Below, one piece after another: positions 9,161-19,547 of a DNA stretch of 64,000 nt. The notes under the pieces were generated by a model. It ran no database searches. It was given only the letters and a program-made list of their open reading frames with translations, and had not been told where the DNA came from. Source of the stretch: Verrucomicrobiia bacterium (lineage in GTDB: Bacteria; Verrucomicrobiota; Verrucomicrobiia; Limisphaerales; UBA11358); the NCBI GenBank assembly GCA_035545995.1, contig DASZXH010000072.1:18407-82406 (forward strand), given 5' to 3'. Both the position numbers and the translations under genes were made by a program. Numbering within the stretch: position 1 is the first letter of the stretch; each line of letters begins with the position of its first letter.

Positions 9161-10939
9161 TTAACCTTTCACCAATGCTAGCACCGTTTCAATCGCGTTT
9201 TCAATTTTGACAAGTTGCAATGCGCCGCCGCGAGGTTTGATTTCCACTTCGCCTTTTGCCAGCGATTTTTCGCCGAGCGCAATGCGAATCGGGAAGCCAA
9301 CCAAATCCGTGTCTTTGAATTTCACGCCGGGGCGTTCGTCGCGGTCGTCCAAAATCACGTCAATCCCTTTGGCGGTGAGTTCGGCGTAAAATTTTTCCGC
9401 CAGTTTCATCGCTTCGTTTTCCGGCGCGACGGCGAGCGGCGTGATGCAAATTTGATACGGCGCGACGCTCACCGGCCAGATGACGCCGTCCTTGTCATTG
9501 CATTGTTCGATGACGGCTTGCAACGTGCGCGTGAGGCCGATGCCGTAGCAGCCCATGACGCTCAATTTGCGCTGGCCGTCCACGTCGAGAAACGTCGCGT
9601 TGAATTTCTCGCTGTATTTCGTGCCGAGTTTGAAAACGTGGCCGACTTCAATCGCGCGACGAATTTTCAACGGCTTGGCGCATTTCACGCACGGCTCGCC
9701 CGCCGCGACGGTTCGCAAATCGTGCCACACGGAGACTTTGATGTCGCGTTCGATGGAGACATTTTTGAAATGAAATCCGTCTTCGTTCGCGCCGGTCGTC
9801 ATGTCGTTCGCGCCTTGCAAACGTTCGTCGGCATATATTTTGCAATCTCCCCAACCAGCGTCATTTCGCTGATCATTTCGGATTGCCTTAATATCATCTG
9901 GAATTTTCTCAAATTGCGGAGGAAAATTAACAGCACCGAGACTCCCCGGCTGTGCATCCATGCCAATTTTGATTTCTTCCGGCGTCGCAGGACGAACGGC
10001 AGTTGCGCCGGTTTTCGCCATCAATTTTGTTTCGTTCAACTGGTCATCGCCGCGAATCAAAATGATGATCGGCTTGGAATCCGCGATATAAACAAGCGTT
10101 TTGATTTGGCGGTTGGCAGGCACGCTGTAAGGCGCTTTGCTCAATGCCTCAATCGTCACGACGCCGGGCGTGGTAAATTTTTCAATCGCCGCGCCGATTT
10201 CACGCGCGGCGGTTTTTGGAATTCCGCTCGTCGCTTTTTCGATGTTCGCCGCGTAGCCGCACGCCTCGCAAAAGACGACTTCGTTTTCGCCGGTCTCGGC
10301 GGGAACCATGAATTCGTGCGAATAATTGCCGCCAATGACGCCGGTGTCCGCCTCGACAGGAAACGCCTTCAAGCCGCAACGCGCAAAAATCCGCGTGTAG
10401 GCGTCATACATTTTTTTGTAACTCGCCATCGCGCCTTCGTCCGAAGCGTCGAACGAATAGGCGTCTTTCATGATGAATTCCTTCGCCCGCATGAGACCAA
10501 AGCGCGGGCGGATTTCGTCGCGGAATTTGGTGCTGACCTGATAAAAATTTTTCGGCAACTGGCGATACGAATTGATTTCGTTCGCCGCCAGCGTGGTGAT
10601 GACTTCCTCGGCAGTCGGACTCAAAAACCATTCGCGTTGCGCACCATCTTTGACTTTGAACAAAACGTCTTTGGCGGTTTCGGCGCGTCCGCTTTGCTCC
10701 CAAATTTCCTTCGGCTGCAACGCGGGCATCAAAACTTCAATCGCCCCTGCCCTGTTCATTTCTTCACGGATGATTTGTTCAACTTTGCGAAGCGCGCGCA
10801 GTCCGAGCGGCAAAAAAGTATAAACGCCGCCGGCCAACTTGCGGATAAGACCGGCGCGCAGCAAAAGCTTGTGTGACAAAATTTCCGCGTCAGCCGGAGC
10901 TTCGCGCAGGGTTGGAATCAAAGTTTGCGTCCACTTCAT
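9161..10939 (-). CDS. proS: Proline--tRNA ligase (bacterial type with editing domain)
   Basis: 592 aa with class II aaRS motifs. N-terminus MKWTQTLIPTLREAPADAEILSHKLLLRAGLIRKL is typical of ProS. Confidence 0.95.
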   Translation of the reverse strand: MKWTQTLIPTLREAPADAEILSHKLLLRAGLIRKLAGGVYTFLPLGLRALRKVEQIIREEMNRAGAIEVLMPALQPKEIWEQSGRAETAKDVLFKVKDGAQREWFLSPTAEEVITTLAANEINSYRQLPKNFYQVSTKFRDEIRPRFGLMRAKEFIMKDAYSFDASDEGAMASYKKMYDAYTRIFARCGLKAFPVEADTGVIGGNYSHEFMVPAETGENEVVFCEACGYAANIEKATSGIPKTAAREIGAAIEKFTTPGVVTIEALSKAPYSVPANRQIKTLVYIADSKPIIILIRGDDQLNETKLMAKTGATAVRPATPEEIKIGMDAQPGSLGAVNFPPQFEKIPDDIKAIRNDQRNDAGWGDCKIYADERLQGANDMTTGANEDGFHFKNVSIERDIKVSVWHDLRTVAAGEPCVKCAKPLKIRRAIEVGHVFKLGTKYSEKFNATFLDVDGQRKLSVMGCYGIGLTRTLQAVIEQCNDKDGVIWPVSVAPYQICITPLAVAPENEAMKLAEKFYAELTAKGIDVILDDRDERPGVKFKDTDLVGFPIRIALGEKSLAKGEVEIKPRGGALQLVKIENAIETVLALVKG

Positions 10940-11045
10940 GCGGCGGACAGATTAACCACAAAATTCCGTGGACACGAAGAATTTAATTTTGCCGGTGAAT
11001 AAGACGCTGTTGCGAACGGTCGTTTTTCCGATTATATTTCCGCGA

Positions 11046-11177
11046 ATGAATCGGCTGACGAGACAGGAGCAATTGTTTCTCTGTGTCGTTCTGGGATTGC
11101 TGCTGACGGGCTGGGTGGTGAAAGCGTATCGCACCGCGCATCCGCCGACAGCGGCGATTCAATCGGCCAAGCCTTAA
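11046..11177 (+). CDS. Small single-TM protein
   Basis: ATG at 11046 gives MNRLTRQEQLFLCVVLGLLLTGWVVKAY..., directly upstream of the next gene. Support is the ORF and TM helix only. Confidence 0.3.
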   Translation: MNRLTRQEQLFLCVVLGLLLTGWVVKAYRTAHPPTAAIQSAKP

Positions 11178-11179
11178 AG

Positions 11180-11599
11180 ATGCAAGAAGTCAATTTCGAC
11201 GAGGCGCTGGATAAAATTCTGGCCAAGGACTCGCGTTTTTCGCGCGAGGCTTATCTGTTTCTCCGCGAGGCGCTGGATTTCACCCAAAAAATCATCGCCA
11301 AGGAAAATCGCGAACAAGTTCGCCACATCACCGGACAGGAATTGCTTGATGGCATCCGGCAATATGCGCTGCAACAATTCGGGCCGATGGCCGCGACGGT
11401 TTTGGAGGAATGGGGTGTAATCAGTTGCCGCGATTTCGGCAACATCGTCTTCAACATGGTGGAAATCGGACTGCTCGCCAAAACCGAAAAGGACAGTCGT
11501 GAAGATTTTGAAAACGGCTATGATTTCACCGATGCCTTCCGCAAACCGTTTTTGCCGCAGAACAAATCGAATTTGGAAGCGAAACCCGTCGCGAATTAA
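11180..11599 (+). CDS. Conserved PVC-restricted hypothetical protein (Minf_1886-like family, from memory)
   Basis: 139 aa. MQEVNFDEALDKILAKDSRFSREAYLFLREALDFTQK matches my recollection of a Verrucomicrobia/Planctomycetes-restricted family. Not verified by search. Confidence 0.5.
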   Translation: MQEVNFDEALDKILAKDSRFSREAYLFLREALDFTQKIIAKENREQVRHITGQELLDGIRQYALQQFGPMAATVLEEWGVISCRDFGNIVFNMVEIGLLAKTEKDSREDFENGYDFTDAFRKPFLPQNKSNLEAKPVAN

Positions 11600-11669
11600 A
11601 ACCGTCGGCGCAGGTTCAAAATGATTTGCGTTCGCCATTTCAATTTTTACGATTACATTTCCGGCGCGG

Positions 11670-12476
11670 ATGAAAAAATACTGGCACGCCTTCACCATCG
11701 GCATCCAAAACAACCTGACGTATCGCTTCAATTACCTGACGCGGACGCTGTTCAGTTTCATCCCGCTCTTCGCCATGCTGTCGCTCTGGCGCACGGTTTA
11801 TGGGAGCAACAACGGCGCAAATGCCCACGTGGGTTACACGCAGGCGCAAATGATTTTTTACTACCTGCTCGTCGCCGTCGTGGACGTGCTGACGGCGGTG
11901 AATGAAGACGACTGGCAAATCGCCGCCGACATCCGCGAAGGCAACATCAGCCAATTCCTGCTCAAACCGATTGATTATCTATGGTATCGGCTGTGCCTGT
12001 TTTTTTCCGGTCGCATCGCGTTCATTTCCATGGCGGCGATTCCGCTGGCAATTTTTATTTTCTGCTTTCGCGCCTATTTCGTTTCGCCCGCCAATGAAAC
12101 GGCGTTCATCGTTTTTCCTGTTTCACTGCTACTGACGGCGCTGCTGCAATTTTTCATTTCCTATGCGATGGCCATGCTCGCATTCTGGCTGCTGGAAATC
12201 TCCACGTTCATTTTCATCCTGTTCGCGTTTGAATACATCGCCAGCGGCCATTTGTTTCCGCTTGCCCTGTTGCCGGCGCCGGTCTATCACGCACTCCTGT
12301 TCACGCCGTTTCCGTATCAAATGTATTTTCCCATCACGATTTACATGGGCAAAGTTTCCGGTATGGAACTTTGGTACGGCCTGCTGATGCAATTCTTTTG
12401 GGTATTGCTGACGTATGCGCTCGCGCGTTTCATGTGGGGGCGCGGCATCAAAAAATATTCGGCGTTCGGTGGCTGA
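11670..12476 (+). CDS. ABC-2 type transporter permease (DUF990-like)
   Basis: 268 aa with about 6 TM helices. The N-terminus MKKYWHAFTIGIQNNLTYRFNYL is typical of ABC-2 permeases. No ATPase gene is adjacent. Confidence 0.6.
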   Translation: MKKYWHAFTIGIQNNLTYRFNYLTRTLFSFIPLFAMLSLWRTVYGSNNGANAHVGYTQAQMIFYYLLVAVVDVLTAVNEDDWQIAADIREGNISQFLLKPIDYLWYRLCLFFSGRIAFISMAAIPLAIFIFCFRAYFVSPANETAFIVFPVSLLLTALLQFFISYAMAMLAFWLLEISTFIFILFAFEYIASGHLFPLALLPAPVYHALLFTPFPYQMYFPITIYMGKVSGMELWYGLLMQFFWVLLTYALARFMWGRGIKKYSAFGG

Positions 12477-12492
12477 AAACGGGAAATTAAAA

Positions 12493-13119
12493 TCATCTTC
12501 GCAAAAATTTCGCCACCGCTTCCGTGCGCGTCCGCACCTGTAATTTTTCATAAATGCGGCGAATGTAGGTGTGGACGGTTTCGTAGCTGATGTCGAGTTT
12601 GTCCGCGATTTCCTTATACATCAATCCCTGACTCAACAGATCGAGCACCTGTTGTTCACGCTCGGAAAGATTTTCGGCGGCGGTCGGCGGCGCGGGCGCG
12701 CGCTGAAACGATTGCACGACTTTGCGCGCGATGTGCGTCGTCATCGGCGAGCCGCCGCGCTGCACTTCCTGAATCGCTTCGAGCAATTCCCTGCCGGGCG
12801 TGCGTTTGAGCAGATAACCGCTCGCGCCCGATGCCAGCGCGTCGAAAATATTTTCCGTGTCCTCGTAAACCGTGAGCATCATCACCTGAATTTGCGGCGC
12901 GATTTTTTTCAATTGCCGGACACATTCGACGCCGTTCATGCCCGGCAGATTGATGTCCATCAGCACCACATCCGGTTTGATTTGCGGTAAATCCCTCAAC
13001 GCGTCCTCGGCGTTGGCGTATTGGCTGACACACCGGAAACCAGCGGCGCGTTCCAGCACGCGCACGAGGGTTTCGCGCAATTTGTCGCTGTCTTCGACGA
13101 TGGAAACGTTGATGGCCAT
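12493..13119 (-). CDS. NarL/LuxR-family response regulator
   Basis: 208 aa. REC domain (DVVLMDINLPGMNG) plus a C-terminal LuxR HTH (LSEREQQVLDLLSQGLMYKEIADKL). Confidence 0.9.
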   Translation of the reverse strand: MAINVSIVEDSDKLRETLVRVLERAAGFRCVSQYANAEDALRDLPQIKPDVVLMDINLPGMNGVECVRQLKKIAPQIQVMMLTVYEDTENIFDALASGASGYLLKRTPGRELLEAIQEVQRGGSPMTTHIARKVVQSFQRAPAPPTAAENLSEREQQVLDLLSQGLMYKEIADKLDISYETVHTYIRRIYEKLQVRTRTEAVAKFLRR

Positions 13120-13120
13120 T

Positions 13121-16100
13121 TTACTTTTTAATCAGCGGAATTTTCAGGCGCACAATAGTTCCGCCATTTGCGCCGCTGGAAATGGAAAATTCTCCGCGAA
13201 TGTCTTCCATGCGTTTGCGCATATTGCGAAGCCCATTGCGCGTTCGCGGCGCGGCGGGATTTTCAATGCCGCGCCCGTTGTCTTCGACTTCAAGGATGAA
13301 ATGTTCCGGCTCTAAACGCAATCGAATCCACGCCTCGGACGCTTGCGCGTGTTTGACGACATTGTTCACGGATTCCTTGAACGCGAGAAACGTGTTGTGG
13401 CGCACTTCCGGCGGGATTGGCGTCGCGGGCAATTGCGCGGGCACGTCCACGCGATAACGCAAACCCGCCAGCGCGAGATATTCCTGCGCGTATTTGCAGG
13501 CGTAATTGACCAATCCTTCGAGCGTGTCGTTGGCCGGGTTGACCGCCCACACGATTTCATCGAGCGAACGGGTTGTTTCCCGCGCGGTTTGCGAAATCTG
13601 TCTCGAGTGAGACTCGATTTCGTCCGGCAAATTTTTATCGGCTTCGGCCATTTCGCCTAGCAAGGCAACTTGCGTCAGATTCGCGCCAAGCTGGTCGTGC
13701 AAATCGCGCGCAATGCGCGAGCGCTCGCGTTCCAGCGCTTCCTGTTGTTTATGCCGCTGCAACTCGCGTTGCAACTTTTGCGTGGAAATGTAACGCACTA
13801 AAACAATGACCAACGCGCCAAGAATCACAATTACAACCGCGCGAAACGATGATGTTTGCCAGAACTGCGGTTGCACGATGATTTCAAGCATTGCGCCGGT
13901 TTCATTCCAAACACCGTCTTCATTTTCGGCGTTGACGTGAAAATGATATTGTCCGGGCGGCAAATCGCTGTAACGCGCCACGCGCGAATCGCCCGCGTCC
14001 GTCCAGCGCGTATCGCGGCCTTCCAGCCGATATTTGAAACGCACGGCGGACGGCGCAGAAAAATTCAACGCGGTGTAATCAATTTCCAATTGCTCGCGTC
14101 CGGGCGGAACGATAACGGATTGTGTCCACGCTGAATTCAAGGCATTGGTTTTTTGCTTTTCGCCATCCACCAAAACCGACTCGATGAAAACTGACGGCGC
14201 TCGCAAATTCGGTTTGAGTTCATCGGGATTGACGGAAACCACGCCTTTGGTCGTCGGGAAAAACAGCGTCCCGTTCGCCGACCGGCAGGCGGCGGGTTGC
14301 GAACCGCCGGAACATTCACGCGTCGGCAATCCGTCCGCCTCGTTAAAAACACGACAGAAAAATGAACTGATTCTCCCGTTGGCAAATTCGTTCAGTGATT
14401 TTATGGCGATGCGCATCAATCCCGCATTCGAGCCAATCCACAAATTTCCCTCCGCATCTTCAAATAGATAATTAATGCAATTGCTTGCCAGCCCGTCGCC
14501 GGTTGAATAGCGCGTCCATTTGCCGTTTTCAAATCGCGCAAGACCATGACCGGAAGTGCCGATCCACAAAACATTTTCGCTGTCTACCCAAAGGCAGGAA
14601 ATGTCATCGCCGGGTAAACCATTTTCGGACGCGCGATAAGAGATAAATTTTCCGTCCTGAAAACAATTCAATCCGCGCGCTTCTGTGCCAATCCAAAAAT
14701 TTCCGTTCGTGTCCTGCGCAATCGCGCGAATGGAATTGTCCGACAAACCGTCGCGGGTCGTGAACATTTTCCAATTTTGGCCGTCGTAATTCGCCAAACC
14801 GTTTTGCGTTCCCGCCCAAATTTTGCCGCTGCGGCCTTCAAACAACGCGAAAATTTGTCGGCCAAGAACTTTCGCGCCCGGCGCGGGAATGAATTGATTT
14901 GTCTCAAACTGGAAAAGCCCTTCGTTGCGCGTGCCGGCCCAAATCTGCTGTTTGGAATCCACCAGCACTGTCCACGCATTTGAACTGCGCCCAACACCAA
15001 AATTCTGAACGGAATTGGTCATCCAATAAGACACGCCGGACGCATTGAACGCCGTCCACAATCTGCCTTTTGCGTCGCTGGCGACGGATTGCGCGACCCA
15101 AGGCTGTAAGTTTTTTGGCGAACTAAAAAATTTCCGTTTAATCCGGTTTAATCCGCCGCCGTCCGTTCCCACCCAGATATTTCCGGCTTGATCCGCGCAC
15201 AGGGAAAGCACGCTGGCGTGCGACAATCCCTGATTGGTGGAAATCTGTTCGCAGCCGCCATTCGCATCATACCAAAAAACGCCCGCGCCGAGCGTGCCGA
15301 CAACCAGATTGCCTTCGCCATCCTCGCAAGTGGAGGTGACAATCGTATTCGTCCACCGATACGCACCAAAATCTTTTGTCGGATGATCGGCGTCCCATTT
15401 TTGCACGCGATTGTCCGCCAATCGCCAAGTACCACCGTTTTGGTCGGCCAAAATGAAATCAAATTTCTGCGCGCGAAAAACCGGATTGACGGCCAGATTC
15501 GGCGGATTGAAATTCGCGGGCAAAAAAGAAAATGTTCCCCAGTCTTCGCCGACCCAAATCAAACCGGATTTGTCCGCGGTAACAGTCCGGCAAATCGCCG
15601 GCGAAGGCAGATTGAAATTCATCACTTCCATTTTTCCGTTTTGAAATCGCGCCAGCCGCGCATTTGCCGTGTAAAACCAATCTGCGCCTGTCAAATCTTC
15701 GCAACCGGAAACTACCCGTCCTTCATGTCCGCCACCGGCAATCGTGAAATTTTGAGATTTCCCGTTCTGCATCAGAATCAAACTGCCCGTGTCTGTTCCA
15801 ATCCAAAAATTCGTCCGGCTGTCTTCAAACAAAAATACGATGCGGTCGCTGTCCAGAGCCGGCGTGTTGTTTTCATCGAAAACCGTGAAGCGTGTCCCGT
15901 CGAACCGCACCAGACCGTTGAGCGTTCCGAGCCAGAGATAGCCGTCACGCGTTTGAATCACCGAAATGACCGAGCTTTGTGGCAATCCCTGTTCCGCGCT
16001 CCACGAATTGACGATGAATGGCGAATCCGATGCCTTGCTAACGCCAATAAAAATTGAAAAACAAACGCAAATCAGCCAATAAGCGAATGGCCATCGCCTT

Positions 16101-16132
16101 TTAACTTTTGTTGTGCCCGGTTTTTGAACCAT
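13121..16132 (-). CDS. Sensor histidine kinase with periplasmic beta-propeller repeats, Y_Y_Y domain, HisKA_3 and HATPase
   Basis: 1003 aa. Repeated xxGxLWxGTxxGL propeller motifs, one TM helix, H-box RIARDLHDQLG, and an ATPase N/G boxes. Ends 1 nt before the RR gene. Confidence 0.9.
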   Translation of the reverse strand: MVQKPGTTKVKRRWPFAYWLICVCFSIFIGVSKASDSPFIVNSWSAEQGLPQSSVISVIQTRDGYLWLGTLNGLVRFDGTRFTVFDENNTPALDSDRIVFLFEDSRTNFWIGTDTGSLILMQNGKSQNFTIAGGGHEGRVVSGCEDLTGADWFYTANARLARFQNGKMEVMNFNLPSPAICRTVTADKSGLIWVGEDWGTFSFLPANFNPPNLAVNPVFRAQKFDFILADQNGGTWRLADNRVQKWDADHPTKDFGAYRWTNTIVTSTCEDGEGNLVVGTLGAGVFWYDANGGCEQISTNQGLSHASVLSLCADQAGNIWVGTDGGGLNRIKRKFFSSPKNLQPWVAQSVASDAKGRLWTAFNASGVSYWMTNSVQNFGVGRSSNAWTVLVDSKQQIWAGTRNEGLFQFETNQFIPAPGAKVLGRQIFALFEGRSGKIWAGTQNGLANYDGQNWKMFTTRDGLSDNSIRAIAQDTNGNFWIGTEARGLNCFQDGKFISYRASENGLPGDDISCLWVDSENVLWIGTSGHGLARFENGKWTRYSTGDGLASNCINYLFEDAEGNLWIGSNAGLMRIAIKSLNEFANGRISSFFCRVFNEADGLPTRECSGGSQPAACRSANGTLFFPTTKGVVSVNPDELKPNLRAPSVFIESVLVDGEKQKTNALNSAWTQSVIVPPGREQLEIDYTALNFSAPSAVRFKYRLEGRDTRWTDAGDSRVARYSDLPPGQYHFHVNAENEDGVWNETGAMLEIIVQPQFWQTSSFRAVVIVILGALVIVLVRYISTQKLQRELQRHKQQEALERERSRIARDLHDQLGANLTQVALLGEMAEADKNLPDEIESHSRQISQTARETTRSLDEIVWAVNPANDTLEGLVNYACKYAQEYLALAGLRYRVDVPAQLPATPIPPEVRHNTFLAFKESVNNVVKHAQASEAWIRLRLEPEHFILEVEDNGRGIENPAAPRTRNGLRNMRKRMEDIRGEFSISSGANGGTIVRLKIPLIKK

Positions 16133-16373
16133 TGGAACGTTTTGGCCAAGATAAAAGGTCTGGCGCGAAGAAGGAATTTTTTTCTAAAAATTACTTGCCG
16201 TGACCGCGCGATGGGTTAGCTTTTCCTTGCCCAATGAGAACTGGGCGTTCAGGCGGGCGATGGCGGTGAAAACGTGTGTGACCGTCGCGCCCGCCGAACT
16301 TTTTGATTTCCTCGCTTCAAGATTTCTGACAGTTCTGCTTGGCAAATGCCCGCGCACCGTTTAGCTAGAAGCC

Positions 16374-17744
16374 ATGCAAGTTGTTTTGGATTACCTCAAA
16401 CACAATCAAGCGCGCTTTGTCGCCGAACTTTGTGAATTTCTAAAATTCCCCAGCGTGTCCGCGCAGCCGCAGCACAAGCAGGATTTGCGGAATTGCGCCG
16501 AATGGCTGGTAAACCATTGCAAACAAATCGGACTCGAAGCCAAAGTTTGCGCGACCGATGGACATCCAATTGTTCTGGCCAAAACCCCGCGCGAAAAAAA
16601 TTCGCGCAAACCGCACTTCATGGTTTATGGGCATTACGACGTGCAACCGCCCGAACCGCTCGACTTGTGGAAAACACCACCGTTCGAGCCACGCATCGAA
16701 GGCTGCTCCATTTTCGCGCGCGGCAGCACGGACAATAAAGGCCAGCACTTCGCGCATTTGAAAGCGGTTGAGGCGTATCTGAAAACCGGCACTCCCCTGC
16801 CCTGCGATTTGACGTTCGTGATTGAAGGCGAGGAAGAAGTCGGCAGCAAACATCTCGCGCAATTTTTGAAGGAGAATCACGCCGAACTGGATTGCGACGC
16901 GGTGGTCGTTTCCGACACCGGAATGCCGGACAAAAATCATCCCGCGCTCACTTATGCGCTGCGCGGCATCATTGCCTTTGAAATCACGCTGCGCGGCCCG
17001 GCGCGCGATTTGCACTCCGGCATTTTTGGCGGCGCGGTGGACAATCCCGCGCTGGCGCTGGCGCAATTGCTCGCCCGATTGCGCGACAAAAATGGGCGCA
17101 TTACGATTCCGTATTTTTACGACGACGTTGCGCCGCTTTCCCATTACGAACGGAAAGAATTCAAACGCCTGCCAACGAAAGATTCGCAACTGCAAAAATT
17201 GCTCGGCGTGAAAAAATTGTTTGGCGAACGCGGTTTCACGCCGACCGAACAGCGCAGTGCGCGACCGACCTTTGAAATCAACGGCCTGACCAGTGGCTAT
17301 CAAGGCGCGGGCAGCAAAACAATTGTTCCCGCTTTGGCAAAAGCGAAAATCACCTGCCGCCTCGTGCCGAATCAAAATCCGGCGCGCATCCGCAAAATCG
17401 TTTGCGATTATCTGAAAAAAATCTGTCCGCCAACTGTCCGCCTTGAAATCGAAGCCGGTCACGGCGCGGAAGCCTACCTCGTTTCGCCGACGAGTCCGCA
17501 CGCGCAGGCGGCGTTGCGCGCGCTGGAAAAAGCGTTCAATCGCAAACCCGTTTTGCTGCGCGAAGGCGGCTCGATTCCGATTGTCAACGATTTCAAAAAA
17601 GTTCTCGGCGCGGACACGTTACTGCTTGGCCTCGGCTTGCCGGAAGACAATGCCCATTCGCCCAACGAGAAATTCGATTTGGACTGTTTCGAAAACGGCC
17701 AGCGCATGAGCGCGCTGCTGTGGCAAGAATTGAGCCGCGCTTGA
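16374..17744 (+). CDS. M20-family dipeptidase/peptidase
   Basis: 456 aa with M20 motifs (MVYGHYDVQP, ARGSTDNKGQ, VIEGEEEVGS). Confidence 0.85.
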   Translation: MQVVLDYLKHNQARFVAELCEFLKFPSVSAQPQHKQDLRNCAEWLVNHCKQIGLEAKVCATDGHPIVLAKTPREKNSRKPHFMVYGHYDVQPPEPLDLWKTPPFEPRIEGCSIFARGSTDNKGQHFAHLKAVEAYLKTGTPLPCDLTFVIEGEEEVGSKHLAQFLKENHAELDCDAVVVSDTGMPDKNHPALTYALRGIIAFEITLRGPARDLHSGIFGGAVDNPALALAQLLARLRDKNGRITIPYFYDDVAPLSHYERKEFKRLPTKDSQLQKLLGVKKLFGERGFTPTEQRSARPTFEINGLTSGYQGAGSKTIVPALAKAKITCRLVPNQNPARIRKIVCDYLKKICPPTVRLEIEAGHGAEAYLVSPTSPHAQAALRALEKAFNRKPVLLREGGSIPIVNDFKKVLGADTLLLGLGLPEDNAHSPNEKFDLDCFENGQRMSALLWQELSRA

Positions 17745-18488
17745 ATGAACAATGATTCGCTGCCAGTTTTTTTGACCGCCGAATGGCGTCATTTGGCGAT
17801 GCTGAATTTTGAGATTGACCCAAAAATTCTCGCGCCATTCGTTCCCGCCGGAACAGAATTGGATTTCTGGAACGGCAAAACCTTTGTCAGCGTTATCGGA
17901 TTTCTCTTTCAAAAGACGCGTGTGCGCGGAATCGCCTTTCCATTTCATCGCAATTTTGAAGAAATCAATTTGCGCTTCTACGTTCGCCGAAAATCCAACG
18001 AAGGCTGGCGGCGCGCCGTTGTTTTTATCAAAGAAATCGTTCCGTGCTTCGCCATCGCATTTGTCGCGCGCACGATTTACGACGAACCTTACATCGCGTT
18101 GCCAACGGCGCACCGGATTGAGAAAATTTCCGCTGGTTCAAACGATGTCAAATCCGTCACTTATCTTTGGCGATTTTGTGGGCAAGAAAATTTTCTAAAA
18201 ATTGTCCCGCAGGGCGAAGCACAGGATTTGATTGAAGGTTCGCAGCAGGAATTCATCGCAGAACATTACTGGGGTTACACCGCGCAGCGTGACGGTTCGA
18301 CTTTGGAATATCAAGTTGAACATCCGCGCTGGCGCATTTGGAATTCGCAGGCGGCTGAGTTAAATTGCGACATCGCCGCGTTTTACGGCAAACAATTTTT
18401 AGAAACGTTGAGCCGGCAGCCAGCATCGGCGTTTTTAGCCGACGGTTCGACGGTAAAAGTGCGCAAAGGCATCAAACTGAAATTATGA
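17745..18488 (+). CDS. DUF2071 (YqjF-like) family protein
   Basis: 247 aa. LTAEWRHLAMLNFEIDPKILAPFVPAGTELDFWNGKTFVSVIGFLF matches my recollection of the DUF2071 N-terminus. Confidence 0.55.
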   Translation: MNNDSLPVFLTAEWRHLAMLNFEIDPKILAPFVPAGTELDFWNGKTFVSVIGFLFQKTRVRGIAFPFHRNFEEINLRFYVRRKSNEGWRRAVVFIKEIVPCFAIAFVARTIYDEPYIALPTAHRIEKISAGSNDVKSVTYLWRFCGQENFLKIVPQGEAQDLIEGSQQEFIAEHYWGYTAQRDGSTLEYQVEHPRWRIWNSQAAELNCDIAAFYGKQFLETLSRQPASAFLADGSTVKVRKGIKLKL

Positions 18489-18853
18489 GTGGACAACCGA
18501 AAGGCTGGATTCTTTATGACGATTCCTGCGGCATTTGCCGGCGTTGGGTTCCGTTCTGGCAAAACGCCCTGCTCAAGCGCGGTTTTGAAATCGCGCCGTT
18601 GCAAGCCGATTGGGTCAGGGAAAAATTGCGGCTGGACGAAAATGAACTCCTGCAGGATTTGCGTCTGCTTCTGGCCGACGGCGCGCAAATTCAAGGCGCG
18701 GAAGTTTATCGTTACGCGATGAAACGCATTTGGTGGGCGTGGCCGGTTTATTTATTTTCAATCGCACCGCTTTGCAGAAACATTTTTAATTGGGGATATA
18801 GAAACTTTGCCACGCATCGCCACGAAATTTCCCGCGCCTGCAAAATCAATTGA
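18485..18853 (+). CDS. Thiol-disulfide oxidoreductase DCC family (DUF393)
   Basis: The ATG at 18485 overlaps the upstream TGA (ATGA). The N-terminal WILYDDSCGICRRWV carries the DxxCxxC motif. Confidence 0.75.
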   Translation: MSGQPKGWILYDDSCGICRRWVPFWQNALLKRGFEIAPLQADWVREKLRLDENELLQDLRLLLADGAQIQGAEVYRYAMKRIWWAWPVYLFSIAPLCRNIFNWGYRNFATHRHEISRACKIN

Positions 18854-19547
18854 GCGGATATTCTTTGACCAATCGCGCTGTGTCCGCCGACGCATACCAA
18901 TCACCCTCAATCAATTCCAATGAGCAAACGCGCGTCTCGCCAAAATCCGTGTTTCGATGCGCGGCCAAAAATGCCTTGAACGGTTTCCAATCTTTCATCG
19001 GCGTTGAAAAACGAATCACCGTCAAATGCGCGGTCACAATTTTATAGCGACGATCCAAGTTTTCACCGAGACCTTGTTTTGCCAATGCCGCGCGCAAATC
19101 ATTTCGCAATTGCAATAAATCTTCAGTTGCGGGAAACCCTTGAATCATCACTGTTTCCGGCGAAGCAGTGATTCCACGAAAACGAATCGAAAATGCCGGG
19201 CGATTTTTCAAAACGTCATTCAGCGCAACCAAAAAATCAGGCAATCGTTTCATCGGTTCCTGCCAAAATTCCGAGCCGGGAATCACCGCCAGCACGGTTA
19301 AATGAAATTCCGACGGCTGATAAAAATATTGCTCTGGCGCAATTTTAGAAGCTTCGCGCAAGAATTCCGCGACCCGATCACGCACGGCAGAATCAGGCCG
19401 CGCAATCAAAGTGACACCGCGCCTTCGGTCATTAGCACGATCCTTCAAAAACGGATCAAGCCGGGGATTGCCGGAATCAAAAACTTTGACGGCTTCTTGC
19501 CAAAGTTTTTCGTAAATTTCCGGCGGACGATTCAATTCTTCGGCCAT
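18846..19547 (-). CDS. 2H phosphoesterase superfamily protein (2'-5' RNA ligase-like)
   Basis: 233 aa with two HxT motifs (EFHLTVLAV and TAHLTVIRF). Confidence 0.65.
   Translation of the reverse strand: MAEELNRPPEIYEKLWQEAVKVFDSGNPRLDPFLKDRANDRRRGVTLIARPDSAVRDRVAEFLREASKIAPEQYFYQPSEFHLTVLAVIPGSEFWQEPMKRLPDFLVALNDVLKNRPAFSIRFRGITASPETVMIQGFPATEDLLQLRNDLRAALAKQGLGENLDRRYKIVTAHLTVIRFSTPMKDWKPFKAFLAAHRNTDFGETRVCSLELIEGDWYASADTARLVKEYPLN

Noticed and set aside
9215-10876. 553-aa plus-strand ORF
   Set aside because: It is entirely antisense to proS, which has unmistakable ProRS homology. Its product is Arg/Phe/Ala-rich and low-complexity, typical of the mirror frame of a GC-rich gene.
15135-15154. 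Tandem gtttaatccg x2, resembling the gttaatcc x2 repeat at 25991-26008
   Set aside because: It lies in the sensor kinase and encodes the conserved propeller motif GGGLNRI. It is more likely protein-level conservation than a repeat element. The 25991-26008 copy is too short to call on its own.
16440-17501. 353-aa minus-strand ORF. Other examples: 21815-22855, 22075-23118, 39311-40345, 41665-42339, 50195-50983, 56290-57342, 58154-58825, 15188-16057
   Set aside because: Each overlaps a gene on the other strand or frame that has clear family motifs (M20 peptidase, MFS, imelysin-like, FTR1, SPFH, TPR, HNH, HK). These are shadow ORFs of GC-rich coding sequence.
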